A DNA stretch of 62,996 nucleotides, filler included. It is 13 parts of 13 records of this genome, joined end to end, with 100 filler letters (N's around TTAATTAATTAA, not from the genome) between each part and the next. Parts side by side here need not be neighbours in the genome. Positions count along the whole stretch, not along the records: positions 57,861 to 62,996 come from SRR7504441_16902; 12 more parts are not named here. One strand, written 5' to 3'. The position numbers and the translations under genes were made by a program. The notes below the pieces were generated by a model. That model searched no databases. It was not told the origin of the DNA and saw only the letters and a program-made list of their open reading frames with translations. Position 1 is the stretch's first letter; each line of letters starts with the position of its first letter. Shown here piece by piece: positions 60,288 through 62,996 of the stretch.

Positions 60288-61574
60288 ATGGCCGGGCTGC
60301 GGGATGAGGACGTGGCCACCCGGCGAGCAGCCGCCGAGGCGGCGGCCGCAGCCGAGCCTGAGGCGCTTGGAGAGCTGGCCGGTCAGCTGATGCCGCTGCT
60401 CGAGGACCCGGACCCCGCCACACGTGCCGCGGCCGCCGAGGGTCTCAGTCGGCTGGCTACGCACCGGCGTGCAGCCCTGCGCGAGCGAGGGGTGCGCTGG
60501 ACGCCCGAGGCCAGTCCAGGGCCGCCGGACTGGGAGACCGACCGGGCGGAGGAAGGTGTGGTCACGCACACTCTGGTGCTCTCTCCTAAGAGCTCGGACC
60601 GCCGGGCCGCCGGCTCGATCCGGCCAAGCCCGCCCCCGAAGCAGACCCGACCCGAGTCACCGGGGGCCACGCTGGGTGGGCTCGATTTCGAGTGTAGTAC
60701 GCCGGTGGAGGCGAGCGGCGACGGGTCTTGGATAGAAAGCCTGCAGGAGGACCCGAACGTTGTGACCCACGTGCTGTGCCTGAGCCCAAAACACAGCCGG
60801 CAGCCTGCCGCGTCCGAGCCGGCCGTGTCGGGCCGGTCGGTGCCCGCGCTGCTGCTTGCCGCACAGTCTTGCGACAAGGATGCATTGGGCGAGCTCCGTA
60901 GACTGCCGGTAAACCAGCTCGAACCGCATGCCGGAGGGCTGCTGGAGCTGCTCGCACTGCCCGGGGCCCGGCCGTCGGCCATGCAAGCACTGTCACGGCT
61001 GCCGGCCGACACGCTGGCACGCCACGGGAGTGCGCTGCGTAGGATGCTGGCGGACCAAGCGCCCGAGCTGCGGGCGTGCGCTTTTCGACTGCTCAATCGA
61101 ATGGGCACAGGCCCTCGAGCCAATGAAAACCAGCCCTGCCGGCGGTCTGGCCGGCTGCAGCACCCGGAGAGGACCTCCAACCCGGACTTGGCTCACTCTC
61201 AGGCCGCAGCCGCGCTGGTGGACCTAATCCAGAACAAGGATCACGAGATCCGCCGGATTGCTCTATGCGAACTGTCCAGACTGCCGTTGGAGGTGCTACT
61301 TCGGGAGGCTACGGTGCCGTTGATCGGACTGCTCGGGCACTCGGACCATACGGTGCGACTGGCATCGGCGGCGGCACTCGGGTCGTTGCCGACGGAGGAG
61401 CTGGAAGGGGTGCCAGCAGCTGAAGTCGAAGTGACAAGGCGGGAGGACGACCGGTTGGCCGGGGCGCGCGAGGGAGTTGGACCGGATCGGACAACGGTGC
61501 TCGACGCGCTGCTGGATAATCCGGACGACGAGGTTAAAAAAATCGTTGCCGAAGCGAGAGCATTGATTAATTGA
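60288..61574 (+). CDS. HEAT-repeat protein
   Basis: LLEDPDPATRAAAAEGL, LIQNKDHEIRRIALCEL and LLGHSDHTVRLASAAAL. Confidence 0.8.
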   Translation: MAGLRDEDVATRRAAAEAAAAAEPEALGELAGQLMPLLEDPDPATRAAAAEGLSRLATHRRAALRERGVRWTPEASPGPPDWETDRAEEGVVTHTLVLSPKSSDRRAAGSIRPSPPPKQTRPESPGATLGGLDFECSTPVEASGDGSWIESLQEDPNVVTHVLCLSPKHSRQPAASEPAVSGRSVPALLLAAQSCDKDALGELRRLPVNQLEPHAGGLLELLALPGARPSAMQALSRLPADTLARHGSALRRMLADQAPELRACAFRLLNRMGTGPRANENQPCRRSGRLQHPERTSNPDLAHSQAAAALVDLIQNKDHEIRRIALCELSRLPLEVLLREATVPLIGLLGHSDHTVRLASAAALGSLPTEELEGVPAAEVEVTRREDDRLAGAREGVGPDRTTVLDALLDNPDDEVKKIVAEARALIN

Positions 61575-61654
61575 ATCACGGAATACAACTTTTAATACCG
61601 AGCTTTAATGAAATCTTCAGTCTGAAGCGAGTCGGCTAATTATCGGCTAATAAG

Positions 61655-62996
61655 CTAATATTTGATTCCTTGAGTCGCAATATTCGCCACATTCCTCGCT
61701 AGACGCTGTGAAGCCACTTCGAGCTTCTTCTTCTTGATCTGCACTTTGATCGCTTTCCGCTTAAACATCTTTTGGACCGATACGACATGAGCTAGCCAGG
61801 CCATCAACGCTCGCATCAGCAACATCTCGCGTGGCCTCTGGCACGTGTACTCCAGCTGCTTAAGCCTCTCAGCCTGCAGAGCTACCACTTCAGCCTGAGA
61901 GTCGACATTATCACTCAGCGCGTTCACATGCTCCTGCAGCAGACTCTCCTGGTTGTTGCACTCATCCAGCTTCCTCTCGAGCCGCCTGCTCCCGTGCACC
62001 ACCGCCATCGCGAGGCGCTTGACCTCTCCTGCCTCGGCTGACACTGGCAAGGCAGCCACTGCATCCATCAGCTGAGTGTAGAGAGGCCCCAGCGCACTCC
62101 TGTCAGGACTCGTCGCGCCAACCCTTTGGGATGCAGACAGAGGCACCGGCGCGACCGTCTCTGGCATGCCAGCTCGTGCCAAATCGGCCGGCTCTCTGTT
62201 CCGGCCTTCAACTGCAGGGTGTCTAGTGGCAAACGCGCATTCCTCTTCGACTGCTAACTCGGGCAGCTCGACAGACTGTACCATTCGGGCGAGGTCTGTG
62301 GTCTCATCTGAAGGGTTGCTCGTCAGATCCTCTAGCGGTGCACTCTGCTCTGCATACACATCCCCGGCTGGGAGCTCTGGGCCTCTCTCGAGATCTCCTG
62401 TGCTTAAGACGGCCTGCTTGTCCCCCGAGCCGCTCTCAAATGCATCGTCCTGCTCACCATGCACTGCCAGGCTTGGCTCTGGCACAGAAGCGTCCAGCTC
62501 AGCTTGCACGTCATGGCCGAACTCGGGCGGCTCTTGGTACAACTCATCGCAGCTCGCCACATCGTTCAAATGCAGATCCGCCAACCTGTCCCCAAGTACT
62601 GGCTCTTGGGGCTTGTGCAGCAGGCCGAGCGATAAGCTGGCAGAAGTCTCGATTTGCTGCACAATCCCCCGCGAGCGAGCCAGTGCCAGTTGCATCTTCT
62701 CGGCAATCCTGTCGGCCTCGTCATCTCCGTCCTCCGTGCCACTCGACATCTGGAGATAGGTCTCTGAGATCAAATCCAGCTCGCCTGGGCTACTAGTGCC
62801 GACATCTACCGCACTTGATTCCTCGATGCAGCTGGAGTCCAGCAGCACAGCTGTGCTCCGACCAGCAGTCTCCCCAACATGCTCAGTTGCTGCAAGCAAA
62901 GCCTCCTCGATTGCTGCAGGCTCAGCAGCCGCTGTGCAGTCCTCAGCCACTGTGGACTCCTCAGCCGCTGAAGCAGAAACCTCCTCGACTGCTGCA
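61655..62996 (-). CDS. Acidic low-complexity/coiled-coil protein, 5' end beyond window
   Basis: ORF of more than 431 aa; E/A-rich with a C-terminal coiled coil. Confidence 0.65.
   Translation of the reverse strand, partial: AAVEEVSASAAEESTVAEDCTAAAEPAAIEEALLAATEHVGETAGRSTAVLLDSSCIEESSAVDVGTSSPGELDLISETYLQMSSGTEDGDDEADRIAEKMQLALARSRGIVQQIETSASLSLGLLHKPQEPVLGDRLADLHLNDVASCDELYQEPPEFGHDVQAELDASVPEPSLAVHGEQDDAFESGSGDKQAVLSTGDLERGPELPAGDVYAEQSAPLEDLTSNPSDETTDLARMVQSVELPELAVEEECAFATRHPAVEGRNREPADLARAGMPETVAPVPLSASQRVGATSPDRSALGPLYTQLMDAVAALPVSAEAGEVKRLAMAVVHGSRRLERKLDECNNQESLLQEHVNALSDNVDSQAEVVALQAERLKQLEYTCQRPREMLLMRALMAWLAHVVSVQKMFKRKAIKVQIKKKKLEVASQRLARNVANIATQGIKY

Noticed and set aside
1-62996. 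rRNA, tRNA, CRISPR or prokaryotic operons
   Set aside because: None recognised by eye; tRNAscan-SE or Infernal would be needed to exclude small RNAs.

Overview
The window is not one locus. It is 13 short eukaryotic contig pieces joined by artificial N-run/TTAATTAATTAA spacers (gaps start at 3999, 8472, 15092, 19062, 26545, 30907, 34298, 38195, 45916, 49184, 53581, 57761). The DNA is from a GC-rich, gene-dense protist of unidentified lineage. It uses the standard genetic code and has many tiny spliceosomal introns (mostly about 37-46 nt), a notable share with GC-AG ends, which is why the ORF track is fragmented. Manual splicing gives about 35 genes or gene fragments. Recognisable ones include site-1 protease (MBTPS1), INPP4, a GH78 rhamnosidase, a MOSC protein, an MFS transporter, a carboxylesterase, two TBC Rab-GAPs, a Cys-less pentameric ligand-gated channel and a collagen-like protein. 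The most striking signals are spliced domain fusions invisible in the ORF track: (1) a degenerate SAM-methyltransferase fused to a single-domain voltage-gated-type channel whose filter reads TRRW instead of TLEDW (39684-42567); (2) a degenerate G-alpha fused to two B-boxes, a coiled coil and a BCH/CRAL-TRIO domain (11671-15046); (3) TBC-ankyrin-RGS; (4) a 2OG-Fe(II) oxygenase with a VHL-like domain; (5) a DnaJ domain with a duplicated unrecognised domain. All gene models are hand-spliced and all family calls come from remembered motifs; no database search was run.
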